Shown piece by piece: positions 27,117 through 39,603 of a stretch of 64,000 nucleotides of DNA. How positions within the stretch are numbered: the stretch's first letter is position 1; every line of letters starts with the position of its first letter. The notes under the pieces are model-generated. The model saw only the letters and a list, made by a program, of their open reading frames with translations, was not told where the DNA came from and ran no database searches. Position numbers and translations under genes: made by a program. Source of the DNA: Chiloscyllium plagiosum (Eukaryota); NCBI RefSeq assembly GCF_004010195.1, contig NC_057719.1, positions 23,608,313 to 23,672,312 on the forward strand. Reading direction: 5' to 3'.

Positions 27117-27289
27117 GTTCCCAAGCAATAGGCAGACCAGACCAGTTTGGCTTTTCAGAAAGTTGCAAGGGCACTGACTGATTTGCTGTCATTTTCACAT
27201 CAAGGATGAAAATGATGGTCAGTGTATCCATAATTTTCTGATCAGCTTTACTTTGCAAAAATTCTGACTCATTGCATTAAATTCTAGGT

Positions 27290-27795
27290 GGTCCACTTTT
27301 GGATTCACTGCCAGATCCTTAATGAGGAACCGAAAATATGTACTCAGTTAATACCAGAAGAGGGTGCATCAGGAAAACATTCAGAAATAGGCAATAATTC
27401 AGCTATGCAGATAGATCAGAGAAGTTGGCACTCCTCCTTGGAGAAGGTTGAGAAGAGATTTGATAAAGGCATTCAAAGTCATGAAAGATCTGAACAGAAT
27501 AGATAGGGAGAATCTGTCCCCATTGTTGGTCACAGATTTGAGGAAAATAGGAAAAGAAAAAATGACAAACTAAGGTCAAACAATTTCCCCAGAGTGAATA
27601 TTTAGGACCTGGAATGAACTGCCTGATAATGGTGCAGAATCAGATTCAATCATGGCATTGAAGAGGGAATTGGATTGTTATCAGAAAAGGAACAATGTAC
27701 AAGGCTATGGGGAAGAGGTAAGGAATTGCCCGTATAGAGAACCAGAACAGAACAATAAGCCAAATGGCTTCCATCTGTGCCATTGTATGACATTC
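27290..27795 (+). mobile_element. Degenerate CR1 3' fragment
   Basis: SLEKVEKRFDKGIQSHERS (decayed SLE-RRLRGDLI); CR1-like 3' UTR. Confidence 0.6.
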
Positions 27796-28995
27796 GAGCG
27801 AGAGGAGATAGTAAAGATAGTGGGGTTTCCTCAGGAGGGCAAAGTATTTTAAGAAGAGGTTTGCTGAAAGTTAAAAGACGTTTTGAGAGCACTGACTCTG
27901 AATTTCCTTTGTGCAAGGGAGAATGGATAAGTTGGATGCAAATAGCCTAGACAATGAACATTGAGCAGAGCTTAGAAACCTTAGGTCTCCACTTGGCACA
28001 GTTATTACTAGCAGTAGCTGCATGGGCTTGGTGCTGGTGGAATATCCATCCTCCTCCAAATGTGACTGTTCAACTTCAGAGAAGGTTCCCTCTTCCTCAT
28101 GCAGCCATCCAGCATCCTATCTTTCATCTGCCTTTAGCTTACAGTTTTTCCAGGATACATTCTGCTGTCCATGCTTTGGACATTCCAACCAGTTTATTAA
28201 AAGCACTTTAGCTTAGCGCTCTCATAAGTGAGGCAGACAAATGGACACAGATTCAGTTTGTAGTTCAACTTGATTTTATTAACAAAACATTCCTCAGTAA
28301 TCTTCTATGTGAGTATTTCCGAAATTCCCATAATATTTACTCTGTATCTAGCTCTATCTATCTGACAAAAGATGTTATCCACAATAATCAATGTGTTTGA
28401 GCTGGGTGTGCCTCTACATTATTTCCCCACTATTCATATCAAGCATGTAAAATGATGCCCACTCTTCTTTTTATTAATGTTATGTTCTGAGCTCCTTTCA
28501 AGTCTGAAGATTATAATGTTTGAAATCTGCCAGTCCCTGTGGTACATAACTTCCAAAATATGTTTTAGTACATTATGTTAGTACTGTGCCAAGTCATTTC
28601 ATAGGAATCATTTCTGACTCTTGCTCTACTTATTCAAATATTCTCATTTATAATTGCATCTAAGCTTTTCTTCCAAAAGTTATGTAAAAAGCTGTTATCA
28701 TAAAATTGGATTCTGTACAATATAATTAATGTAATAATTCTTTCAAGCAAGCATCAAAGGCTGTGGAAATGGTAATGGTATTCTTTGACATAAATATAAC
28801 TGCGCCACTATCTGTATCATTTTAGGCCTTGAACAACAGTACATTTCCTCCACATTTTTATGCCACGTCAGAATTTGCTACAATTGAACTCAATGATAGT
28901 GAAAAATTTAGTTTTATTTCCATTTGGTTAGAATGTGCATGGTTTCCCATAATCCAGAGACAACAGACAAAGGAATACATACAGGGAGCAGGTAT

Positions 28996-29640
28996 TGTGA
29001 TTATGCTGTCACTTTAAAAAGGTTATTTTGCCCTGGGCTTTTTTAAAAAGAATTTGTAAAGGCAGTGATAAAGAACTGGCTACTGAAAATGGCTGAAGTA
29101 AATAACTTCGGAGGCTTTAGGGTGTTTTTATAAAACAGTTGAAACAATGAAAGGGGAGAGGCCAGCTCTCCCAGACCAGGCTTTCTAGTGTTTTTTAGCT
29201 ATGGCAGTCAGAAGCTGTTTAGGGTCCAGAAAGGTTGGAAGCTTCAGCAAATGATTCGTCGCTGCTACTTTCTCTGAAGTCTCTCTTGGTATTGTTTCCC
29301 CTGGATTGGAGGTCTGCATGCAAGAATCTGTTTCGGAATTTACCTTTATGCCAAGGGATGTGTTTCTGGGATGTTACCATATTGGAACAGTTAATTAGTA
29401 ATAGCTACTGTATCTATTGTTAAGTTAAATTTTCCAATAGTTAAGTTATTCTAAATTCCTCTTTCTTTTGATTATACTTTAACTATAGTGTTTAAACAAA
29501 TTGTGTTTTGTTTAATGTCGGGTAGTTGGACCAGTCGCATCACATTGAGAACATGCACTTCTACCTTTAAAATAAGAGAAAGTTAGAATCTAGCCTGCCT
29601 GCTTAAAATATTTTGACAGGGTCTGGTCTAGTCCAGAAGA
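28996..29640 (+). mobile_element. Solo LTR (Gypsy-like) with 4-bp TSD gtat
   Basis: Starts TG; gtat at 28992-28995 and 29641-29644; termini resemble the reverse complement of 54263-54874. Confidence 0.65.
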
Positions 29641-29704
29641 GTATTGAAGTGAAGTCATCTTTGATAGTAATGGGATTGCAAGATAACAGCTCGGGATAAT
29701 GGGA

Positions 29705-29867
29705 AGTACAAGCTTTCAGAGTGCTGTTCCTTCGTCGGGTAGCTAGTGTAGACGAAGGAGCAGCGGTCCAAAAGCTTGTACTTCCAAATAAATCTGTTGG
29801 ACTATAACTTGGTGTTGTGTGATTTTTAACTTTGTCCACCCCGATCAACACTGGCACCTCCACATCA
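29705..29867. mobile_element. PLE-derived fold-back element (family 2) with 12-bp TSD
   Basis: ggataatgggaa on both flanks; two inverted decayed HHR motifs. Confidence 0.8.
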
Positions 29868-30452
29868 GGATAATGGGAACAGGGCAAAGCCATGGAGGCT
29901 CAGAAGATTAGTCATTCTCCCATTCTGGAGTTTGCTTGATGTTTTTCCCATGGTCCAATGCTGTAACTGAACCAAATATACAGCAAAGAATGGTTTTCAC
30001 AGAATGGCTACAGCAGCGGAGTTAGAGCTGTCACAAGGAAATTCTAGGCCATAGTTTACATTACGTAAAGATGTTGACTTAACAAATGTTGTTGATAATA
30101 GCAGTTTGATCAAATTTGGAAGTTCATAAGATTTTCAACAGAAATCTGTGAAGGAATATGATAAACCAGATATTTTCAATGTTCATTACACTAATGTTTC
30201 ATTACAGCAAAATTTATAGCCCTATCTCACTGGTAATATTTTCTGCACTTACCCACACATAACTATTACATTTCACTGGAATAGTGTGTTCAAAACCATG
30301 CCTCTCTATTCCCAAAGTCATCACAAAGTTAAATGTTGTCAAAGTACATAAAGAGTATAATTTACATGTTGCATAGACCCACATTCACAAAAAACACTGA
30401 CTGTTGAACAGCATCAGCCCTCATGGTTCCCCAAGATGATCCTTTTGCTTAC

Positions 30453-30498
30453 CAGAATTTTCTGTTCTTCAGTCTCTTTACTCCAGGTTCTTTCATTT
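30453..30498 (-). CDS. Candidate 46-nt exon of unidentified host gene
   Basis: ccctgtgtctcgtgtaaag|AAATGAAAG...ATTCTG|gtaagc; purine-rich; phase-compatible with 39164-39207. Confidence 0.4.
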
Positions 30499-31909
30499 CT
30501 TTACACGAGACACAGGGAATTGTTACACTAACTATGATGTTTCTTAGTTATTGGTTAAAAGGCACAGCTTACAGTAGCCAGTGAGAGAATAGAATTGGTT
30601 TGCTTCAGGCTTCGGGTATTTTTACCAAATGAAAGAGGCATACCACTTCTCCTCCAAAAGTCCAAAGACTTCGTACTATTGTTGACATCTACAAACTGTT
30701 CAGCTACCCAGAAATCACTCAGAGAATTGTCATCAGGCTGATAACCTCTGGCAACCGCAATGGGTCACAATTCCACAAATCAATCAGCAATCTGTTGCCA
30801 ACCAAATCTCATTTTGCATACATACCCAGGAGCTGTGCCGTCACCTTTTCCAACTTCCCCAGCTGCTTGCAATGCAACACTTTCAAAATGACCCACAATG
30901 GGATTCCCTTACTTGCTTTTTAAAAGTACAAGACAACACATCTTTCTTTCACAAATCAATCCACAATCAATAATAAAGTCAAGTAAAAAGATGCAATCTT
31001 TACACAACAATCAATTAAAATGTTCTTGAAATAGCAATGAATGTGCGGTAGACATCTATCCATTTTAATAAGTCTGAGAAATTAAAGGATTAAGCACAAA
31101 ATCAACCCCAGCAATGCCTGATTTAGAAAACATTTGTGGGGGTTTATGAAACAGGCAGGTTTATTGCTGGTTTCTTCAGCTCTGAGACTCATTCACACCA
31201 AACTTTCACAGTACATGGCTTGGTTGAGTTCTGTATTTCTTAAAAATTGTTTTCTCACAGGAGTTTTGAGGACATGCTTCGAGCCTTTAAAAGTACTAAT
31301 CTTAAAAGATTTAAAAGTGATCCAAATCCTGGATATTATAAATGCATAGATTTAGCTTCATTATGTTACATAACTTATGCAAAAATGAAAAGAAACAACG
31401 GAGCTATGAACTTGTGATGGATTTTCTCAGATGCAGATGAGTGCTAACCCCTTAACAGATGCTAAAATTCATTATAACTGGGGACTATTAAGATAATCAG
31501 AGGAAATGAATTATGCAAACTATCATACTTAGAATAATTGAATATGTGATTTTTCCATTCAGTGAAGAGACAACAGCTACCAGAAAACTCATTTAGATGT
31601 TTTCTTTGAGACATCACACCCACATTTGTTGCTTTTGTTTCAGCTGTAAGCTCTACTTCACTTTTTAAAGTCTTCAGATACATCTTTAGCCATTTCATTT
31701 TCTTTCCTCTTGTGGGTTAATGAACAGGGTGTTAATAAAAAAATACAAAAAATATAGCAAAAGCCTTGCTGGATGGTTCAGTTTGCATAGAGCAAGTTTG
31801 TGGCCCCAACTCACCTTTTCTTATTTTTAATATACTGCCGACCACTTAGAGAATCACTCATCATTGGCAGCAGAAGGTTAATAATCCATTTCTCTTATGC
31901 AACCTCACT

Positions 31910-32000
31910 TAAGTCAGAAGTCACATGACATCAGTTTCTAGTCCAACAGATTAATTTGAAATCAGAAGCTTTCGAAGCACTACCCCTTCATCAGGTGAAG
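31910..32000 (-). mobile_element. PLE family 2 terminal fragment with HHR motif
   Basis: Minus strand CTGATGA-A-GGGG-TAGTG-CTTC-GAAA-GC-TT at 31963-31997. Confidence 0.7.
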
Positions 32001-32109
32001 TCAAGTGGATCTAAATGATCCAAGGGATTATTTGAAGATGAGTCAACATTTATCTTTCAACAAAACAGATTATTTGGTTATTAACCTAAGAATGTTTGTG
32101 GGAATTTGT

Positions 32110-33070
32110 TCGTCATTTATATAAACAATTTGAATTAGAATTTTGGAGGCACGGTTAGTAAGTTTGCCAATGACACCAAAATTCTTGTTATCATCAAAAG
32201 TGATGGACATTATCTAAGATTATAAAGGGATCTTGATCAACTGGGTCAATGGGCTGAGGAATTTAATTTGGATAAATGCAAGGTATTGCATTTTGGTAAT
32301 ACAAACAAGGGTAGAGCTTATACAGTTATTGATAAGACTCTGGGTAGAGCTGTCGAAAGAGAGACCTAGGTGTTAGGTACTTAATCCTTTGAAAGTTGCA
32401 TCACAGGGAGACAGGGTGGTTAAGAAAGCATTTATCACACTTGCCTTGGTTTCTCAGAGTATATTGAGTATAGGAGTTGGGACGTCATGCTGAGGTTGTA
32501 CAGGATGTTAGTGAGGCCACTTTTGGTGTACAGTTTACAGTTCTGGTCACCCTGTTATAGGGAGGATATTATTAAGTTGGAGATGATTCGGAAAAGATTT
32601 ACCAGGATGCTACTGGGATTGGATGTTTGAGTTATACGAATAGGCTGGATAGGCTTGGACTTTTTTCACTGGAGCATGGGAGGTTGAAGGTGACCTTATC
32701 GAGGTTTATAAAATCATGAGAAGCATAGATAAGGTGAATAACAAAGGTCTTTTCCTCTGGAGGGGAGTTCAAAACTAGGGGGCATATTTTTAAAGTGAGA
32801 GGAGAAAGATTTCAAACGGACCCAAGGGACAGCTTTTTCACACAGAGAGTAGTTCATATGTGGAAAGAACTGCCAGAGGAAGCGTAGATGCACATACAGT
32901 TACAATATTGAAAAGACATTTGGACAGGTACATGAATAAGAAAGGTTTGGAGGGATATGAGCCAAACACAGGCAAGTGGGGATGAAGTTAATTTGGGAAA
33001 CTTGGTCGGCGTGGACAAGTTGGACAGAAAGGTCTGTTTCTGTGCTGTTGTATGCTATGAATCTATGACC
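32110..33070 (+). mobile_element. CR1 LINE 3' region inserted in a decayed DeuSINE-like element
   Basis: SKFANDTK, KCKVLHFG, LVRPLLVYSLQFWSP motifs; CR1 tail at ~33050-33070. Confidence 0.9.
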
Positions 33071-35249
33071 ACAATTAGGCTTCCTACATTAGAACTAAGA
33101 CTGCACTTTTAAGTGGCTATGAAGAGTTTTGAAACATCTTAATGTTCTTATTGGCACCGTGTCAGTTTCTTCTTTACCTTAGAAGATGAATGCTTGTGAC
33201 TTGGCAGTAATAATTAAACATTTCAAATGTGAAACAAGAGAATGATGTTTCCAATTGCATGGACATTTCAGTGTTCATTACTAAATCATAGAAATGAATG
33301 TCACTGAAAGCTCTATCAAGAAACAGAATGCATGTATGTCCGATGGGGTGAATGCAGCTTTGTTTTTAGAACATTGATTATGCATTTTCTGTTCCACATA
33401 CAATGACTTTGTACTATTGTGCCTCTCCTCAGCTGAATAATGAACACTTTTGTTTCTTTCGCATTGCAATTCCAAAATTGCCTATGATTACGTTCATCTT
33501 TTGATGTGATTAGATTCTGCAGTTTCACACTGAATTTGACTTCATCAACTGAACAGTCATAAAAAAAACCTTTATCTGTCATTAGCGTTCAATTAATCCT
33601 ACCTATCCTAAATATTAAATTCAGATGTAAATTGCAAGAAATATTATCTGGGGAGAAAAGCTATTCAAAGTTTACCATGTTATCAAATCAATGTTTGCAA
33701 TTACCGATGCAAATAACCTGAGTATCACTGTCAATCATGGGCCTTCCTTTTGCCTGCTGTTTAGGGAAGCCGTGAATGTTTTCTGCTAACTGGTACAGTA
33801 CAGAATGGTATGAAACAGTTGTGAGCAGCAAAGGTGAAGTGAATATGGGGAGACTCACTCAATGTATTAGATGCAAAAAAAAAGCTTTGTTTATCCAATC
33901 AGTTGTCATTTCACTGCCTGTGGCATGCAAGAGATATTTTATGAGCTTGAGAAGAAGCACATTGGCTTGCTTGACCTCAGAAAAAAGTCCAGATATTTCC
34001 TCTGATTATTATTTTTCTCCACACGCATTAGTAGCTTCGGACTTTCAAAGCACCAGAGAAACATACTTGAATTGACCTTCAGATAATATTAGCCTCTGGT
34101 TCACTTCAGGACCAATCCATTTACCACATTTGTATCATGTGCTTCTTCCTGCTGCCATCATAACAACACCGTGTATCACAGGTTCCTGTCTCTACATTGC
34201 TAATTGGTGTCTTCAGTCCACATATTAAACCCACTGTGCTAATGCATCCAAGGAAAAGGTCTGAACAATTTCCTCCAGCTGTTTCACCAACGTTATGGCA
34301 GTCATTTCCTACTGGGGATGAGATGAATTACGTCGTGGGTGACTCGCTCATAACGGTCCAATTTAGATAAGTAATTGTACAACACAAACCTTGAGTTATT
34401 GACTGTTTAGTCGTGAGCTCACGGGAAGAGACAAGTCGACCTAATGGTCACTCTGATGAGATACAGAGAGTTGCATGATTATATAGGTTACAATCATTTA
34501 ACAATTAGCAAATAGTTAATTACACTATAATGAACAGGTTAGGCACTTTGCCCATTCACTAGCTTCAGTCTCATAATGTCTGGACAGTGTTGGTTAGTAG
34601 CTGATAAGCAATTGTCAGTATACAACAGGTTCTTGTAAAAGAAGAGTATTCCCATACTGGGAAAGAATTCTTTTGCCAGGCATTAGTGCAATTGCAAAAC
34701 CAACCACCTCAGTGAGCCTGGGAAAGTACGAACTTAGCAAGCAGACACCAATATGAGATTCAAAATGGTTTCCAGAATTTTAATATGTGACAAAATGGCT
34801 GCTTCGGATCTAACAAATCTCCCACACTTCCACAAGCAGTAATGAAGGTTATGTCATTGAATTTATTTAAGGCGGGGTTAGATTGTTTTTGATCGACGAG
34901 TCAACAACCATGGTGGGAAGAAAGGAGTATGGAGCTACAATCGTAAAGAGATCAGCTATGATTTCACTGAATGGTGGAGAAGTTTCAAAGGGCCAACATG
35001 GCTTAATCCTGTGTCCTTTGTTCCTTTGGTGGGAGTTTAGTCAATTTCTGTGGGAATTCCAACTTTTAGTGACTTTAAACTGACATGAGCTTCCTCAAGG
35101 ATACTTTAATAATATAACTGTTCAGCTCAGAACATGCACAGACACTCAGGAAAGCAACAGGTGTCAAAGAATAGAGTAAAACTGGAAGTAAAGCAGCAAT
35201 AGCAGTTTCAAACTGACAACCCAGGAGATGTAGCAGAAGACAACAAGGA

Positions 35250-35520
35250 AGAGGAACTGTAAAAAACTGTGGGTCCTGAATGAAACATGTCAATTCTCCA
35301 GAATGATGATTCTTGAATAAAATTAACAAAGAACAAGACATCATGGTGAATCAAAGAAAGGCAAGAACTTCCAGTAAATTTTCAGCACTGAAATATGTAA
35401 CTGATCTGCAATGATTCTTAGGTATGGGAAATCCAATGGAAAGGCTTATCATCAACTTAAACCTCCATCTTGAATCATAACAGGGTTGCTGAAATAAGCC
35501 AACAATGGTATTGGTGTCAA
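35250..35520 (+). mobile_element. Decayed Gypsy RT/connection fragment
   Basis: Similar to 38130-38276 (tctccaga.t.atg..aaagaacaag.catca..ttctta.gtatggga). Confidence 0.55.
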
Positions 35521-35939
35521 TGATTGACCATGCACTTCACATACAGCTGATGCCTCCCTTGATAACCACACCATGCTCTCATAGCCTAGTCATAACCACA
35601 GCTCTGGCCTTCTCAACTAATCTCTCAGCATCATGGAGGATATCCTTCCTGTTCCATCCACTCCTGTTCAATGGGGTCTGAAATGACAGAGAGGTCCAAT
35701 GCAAGGTCTGCAAAATATCCCACACACGAGCCAGGTGATGCAGGGTCTAGTAGTGTGACATTTAGAGGTTTCTCTCTGAAGCCTCAATTTCACATCTGCA
35801 TGCTCCTGACCACTTCTCTTGGTGTGTTCAGTGTCTTCCCAAATAAGCCTTCATTTGACCATTAGCAGGCCAGGACCATGCAAGAGAGACCAATGATAGC
35901 TGGTCTCTTCAGTAGCATAACTGAAGCATTTCTGATCTT

Positions 35940-37500
35940 GTCCTCAGAACTACAACTGAGTTCTGAGGACAGCAGTTGCTTCCCGAGTTTGTCACTGGGT
36001 TTGTAAATGGCTGGCTTCAAGAGATTAGATTATCAATTCTACAAGTTAGCTCAGCATAGGACATTGCTGCTGGATCTTTATTCTTGCCACCTGATTTGCC
36101 TGGATCACCAGTAACATCACTGAACACATCACACAATGTTTGAAGTATTTGGTACCTGGACTGGTCTGTATGGAAGTTTCTACAGTATGCTGCAGAGAGA
36201 GAGAGAGAGTCTCTCCGCATTGTATTGTGTTGAACATTGGTATCCAGAGAGAACATGTCTTTGGAAGAGGCAGAGTAACATTAGCTGCCTGACAGGGAAA
36301 ATATGGCAGTTTGAAAGATTTAGTCCCAGAGATAAAGTTGCCCTCAAGAAAACTTGATGGCTAAATAGGATAAAGAAAATTACTGACTTTTTACAAGTAC
36401 TATCGCAGATGATTTGTTGTTGAATTGAGAAAAGACTATGTTTTCCATATGCAGTCATTTGTGTTGATTCATCAACCATCTTAAAACTAACACACATGAT
36501 GAGTATCTCGCGATCAACTGCAGGAGGAAACATGGAAATTTCTACTTGCTCCAGAAGTACCATTGTACTCGCTTTATCTTGCACTTTCAACCTATACTGC
36601 TAACTGCAGATTGTGATATCAGTCTGAAGGATATGAGAGCTCGAGACTAGTTCACATATTCTGTCAATTTGTCCTCGTATAATGACTGTTTCTCATGCTA
36701 TGAATGATGAATCTGTGGTGGCCACTGTGAATAAGCCTCTATGTAATATGTTAAAACATCATTAGAAAATAACTCCTCTTTAAACATTTCAAAAGCTGCA
36801 ATCTATCCTTGACTGCAATATCATTGCTGGCCTGTTTTTCAATAATTCTTCAATAAGTTGACAAGGAACATCTATGGTGGGGATAAATCTTCCTTATAGA
36901 TTTCCCATACTTAAGAACCGTAGTGTATCATTTCCATACTTCAATGCTGAAAATTCACTGAATTTTCTTTGATCCACTGTGATGCCTTGTTGTTTGATAA
37001 TTTTGTCTGAGAAATGCAATCATTACTCTGGAGAAATGACATTTTTCATCTAGTATTAAGTTTGCATTCTGTACTGTCTTTAATTCATCCTTGACCCGCT
37101 GGATATGTCCGTTTTCATATGACCATGCACTAGGATGTCACCTCTGTGGTGTAAAGTAACGATTCTGAATGGGTAAATGCTAGAGACTGCATTAAACAAC
37201 ACCAAATCTAATGTTCTTATACATCCTTGTATGGGAATAAAGTAGAATATCTGAAGATCTCATGGATTGAACCTTTATCTACAGTCTCCTCATTGACGTA
37301 ACTTGTATTTTATTGCTATCATGCCATAATCTACATCTTGTTAATACCAGGCTCAGCAGTAGTTTCTCATCCACTACAAAATAAATAAGTCCTGAGCCTC
37401 AGTCAAGTATAGAGCAATAGAGGAAGCATCCTATGAACTGCAAACACCAAATGGTGATTAGCGGTGCATATTGAAATGTGATGCTCAGTATTGATGCTTA
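35940..37500 (-). mobile_element. Decayed Gypsy pol (RT, RNase H, integrase remnants)
   Basis: GDILVHG (YxDD region), EKCHFSR, FLSMG, VLTYY..TTDSS (RNase H DAS), PFG remnant. Confidence 0.7.
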
Positions 37501-38276
37501 ATACTTCAAGGTATAACAGTTAAAAAACAGTCCATTAGAAACTGGAGAGCAAATTTCTTGAAGACCCAGTGAGTTTACAACTCTAAAGAGTTTACCACTT
37601 TGAGATTCATTGAGACAGTCAGCAGTGGCAAGTGTTGAGCAACCAAGCAGTCAGCAGGAAGTTATTGAAGGATGAACAAGGAATAAACAGCACTTCAGTT
37701 TAAAACCTTTACTTCAAACCTTGTTAGAAGTACAGAATAATCAGTGTGGCTTTAAAAGACTCATCACACCTGGCAGTTACAGGTTCCATCAGGAAGTGAG
37801 GATCTGTCAGAGCATTCCCAGTTAGAGGTTCACCCAGAGAGCAAACATATTTGAGCTTCATAATTGAAGCTAAGAAGTCCTATTGGACAAGGAGAAAATC
37901 CTTACACGATTAGTGTGATAAACAGGCTGAAAAAATTATGGAAGTAAAAAATGAGTATAACAGCATTAGATTGGGTTGTGCTTAATGCAGACTCTAGCAT
38001 TTACCCATTCAGAATCATTACTTTATACCACAGAGGTGACATCCTAGTGCATGGTCCTATGAAGACGGACATATCCAGAGGGTCAAGGATGAATTAAAGA
38101 CAGTACAGAATGCCAACCTCATATGAGATGAAAAATGTCATTTCTCCAGAGTAATGTTTGCATTTCTCAGACAAAATTATCAAAGAACAAGGCATCACAA
38201 TGGTTCAAAGAAAATTCAGTGAATTTCCAACTTTGAAGTATGGAAATGATACATTATGGTTCTTAAGTATGGGAAA
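36901..38276. repeat. ~320-bp inverted repeat (arms 36901-37222 and 37955-38276)
   Basis: Arms are reverse complements with scattered mismatches, e.g. ccatgcactaggatgtcacctctgtggt / accacagaggtgacatcctagtgcatgg. Confidence 0.95.
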
Positions 38277-39163
38277 ATGAGTATTTGCAGTTCACAATCA
38301 GCATTGCAGTCATAGTGAGCAGACACCACAAGGACAACTACATTGGTAATTAAGAGTCATAGAATCTAATGCCAAGGTTGTATCATCAGAATCATTACAT
38401 GTCAGAATTGAGGTGACATAATTGACAGCTTAAAAGTTAACATATACAGAATCGAATAAAAATTGAGAGAAGGTTTTTGATGCCAAGAAAAGATATCTGA
38501 CTCAATATGAACGTGACTTCATGGGGTAAATGCTATACTGGCTAATATATTTTAAAAATCTCGAAAGCACGTCACTCTGGCAGGAAATGCTCACAGCATT
38601 CTGCCAGCTGGCAATCATATCATAAACCAAGATAAGTACATAATCACATTAGGAAGACATGGCAAGAAAATAAATGCCAATATTTAACATCAGAGATAGG
38701 CTAACAACATCACAACTTGGACTTCTTGGAGAAAACAGTTTTTAAGATACAAAATTGCTTCAAATTTAAATGCTAACTCATAAACTAAAAACAAACACAC
38801 CATTGCATGTAATAGATCCTACAGTTGATGTTATAAACTCCTAAAATATTAAAGAACACATGGATACTTTCCAAGATGCTTTTGGAAATTACTTCAACAT
38901 AACTACAAAGAAACGTCTTGAACAGTAAGAGTTAATAGTTGTCAAAATGTGAGCTAAGTCTTCCATGCAGGTTGTTAGATGTAGATTGGCCTGTATCCTC
39001 CTTAGTGAAATAGACGGTCTTCACAAGTAGATGAATTTTTTTCTGCTTTCCGATTGCAGAACATCAGTCAAGCAGAGAGAGCCTCAAGTAAGAGCTGTCT
39101 AATTGTAATAATTGGGTTAACACAGTATGGTGGAGGCATGCATTCTGTGAGGGCTCTCTTTAC

Positions 39164-39207
39164 CTGTTATTGGCATCCTCTTCCTCCAGGAACTCATCAT
39201 CGCCACT
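39164..39207 (-). CDS. Candidate 44-nt exon (SGDDEFLEEEDANN, or VAMMSSWRKRMPIT in the other open frame)
   Basis: gtctctcctttgtcttctaaaag|AGTGGC...TAACAG|gtaaag; good pyrimidine tract; GC/purine-rich body. Confidence 0.5.
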
Positions 39208-39256
39208 CTTTTAGAAGACAAAGGAGAGACAAAACTACTGTATATAAAAGGAGTTA

Positions 39257-39603
39257 CAGGTAGACAACCTTTTATCAGAAATCCCAAAATCTGAAAAGCT
39301 CCGAAATCCAATGGTTGTCTCGTGAAGTTTTTTTCTCATTAAAAAGACTGTTTGGCGTGCAAACAGTTAACCCAACCCCATACTCACTCAATGTGTGTCA
39401 CTCAGATGCATTGTGTGGGGGCGTGGCCCAGCACCGGCAGACCTCAATTCTGTTTCAGGGTCCATTTTACTCACAGTCTCTTGTTCGGTAAGATTTTTAA
39501 AAAAATTTCACCATCAAACTGTCACTTATTCTGAAATTCAAAAAATTCTAAATTCCGAAAACCAGCTGGTCCTGAGCATTTCAGATAAAGGATCGTGCAC
39601 CTG
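39257..39603. mobile_element. Tc1/mariner-pogo (Tigger/MER46-like) MITE
   Basis: TA on both flanks; TIRs CAGGT..cct.ttatc.gaaat / atttc.gataaagg..ACCTG; internal ccgaaa-type repeats. Confidence 0.8.

Noticed and set aside
30253..30277. Strong minus-strand donor gtaagt with a 23-nt candidate exon
   Set aside because: Introduces stops when joined to neighbouring candidates; shows that chance splice sites are frequent.
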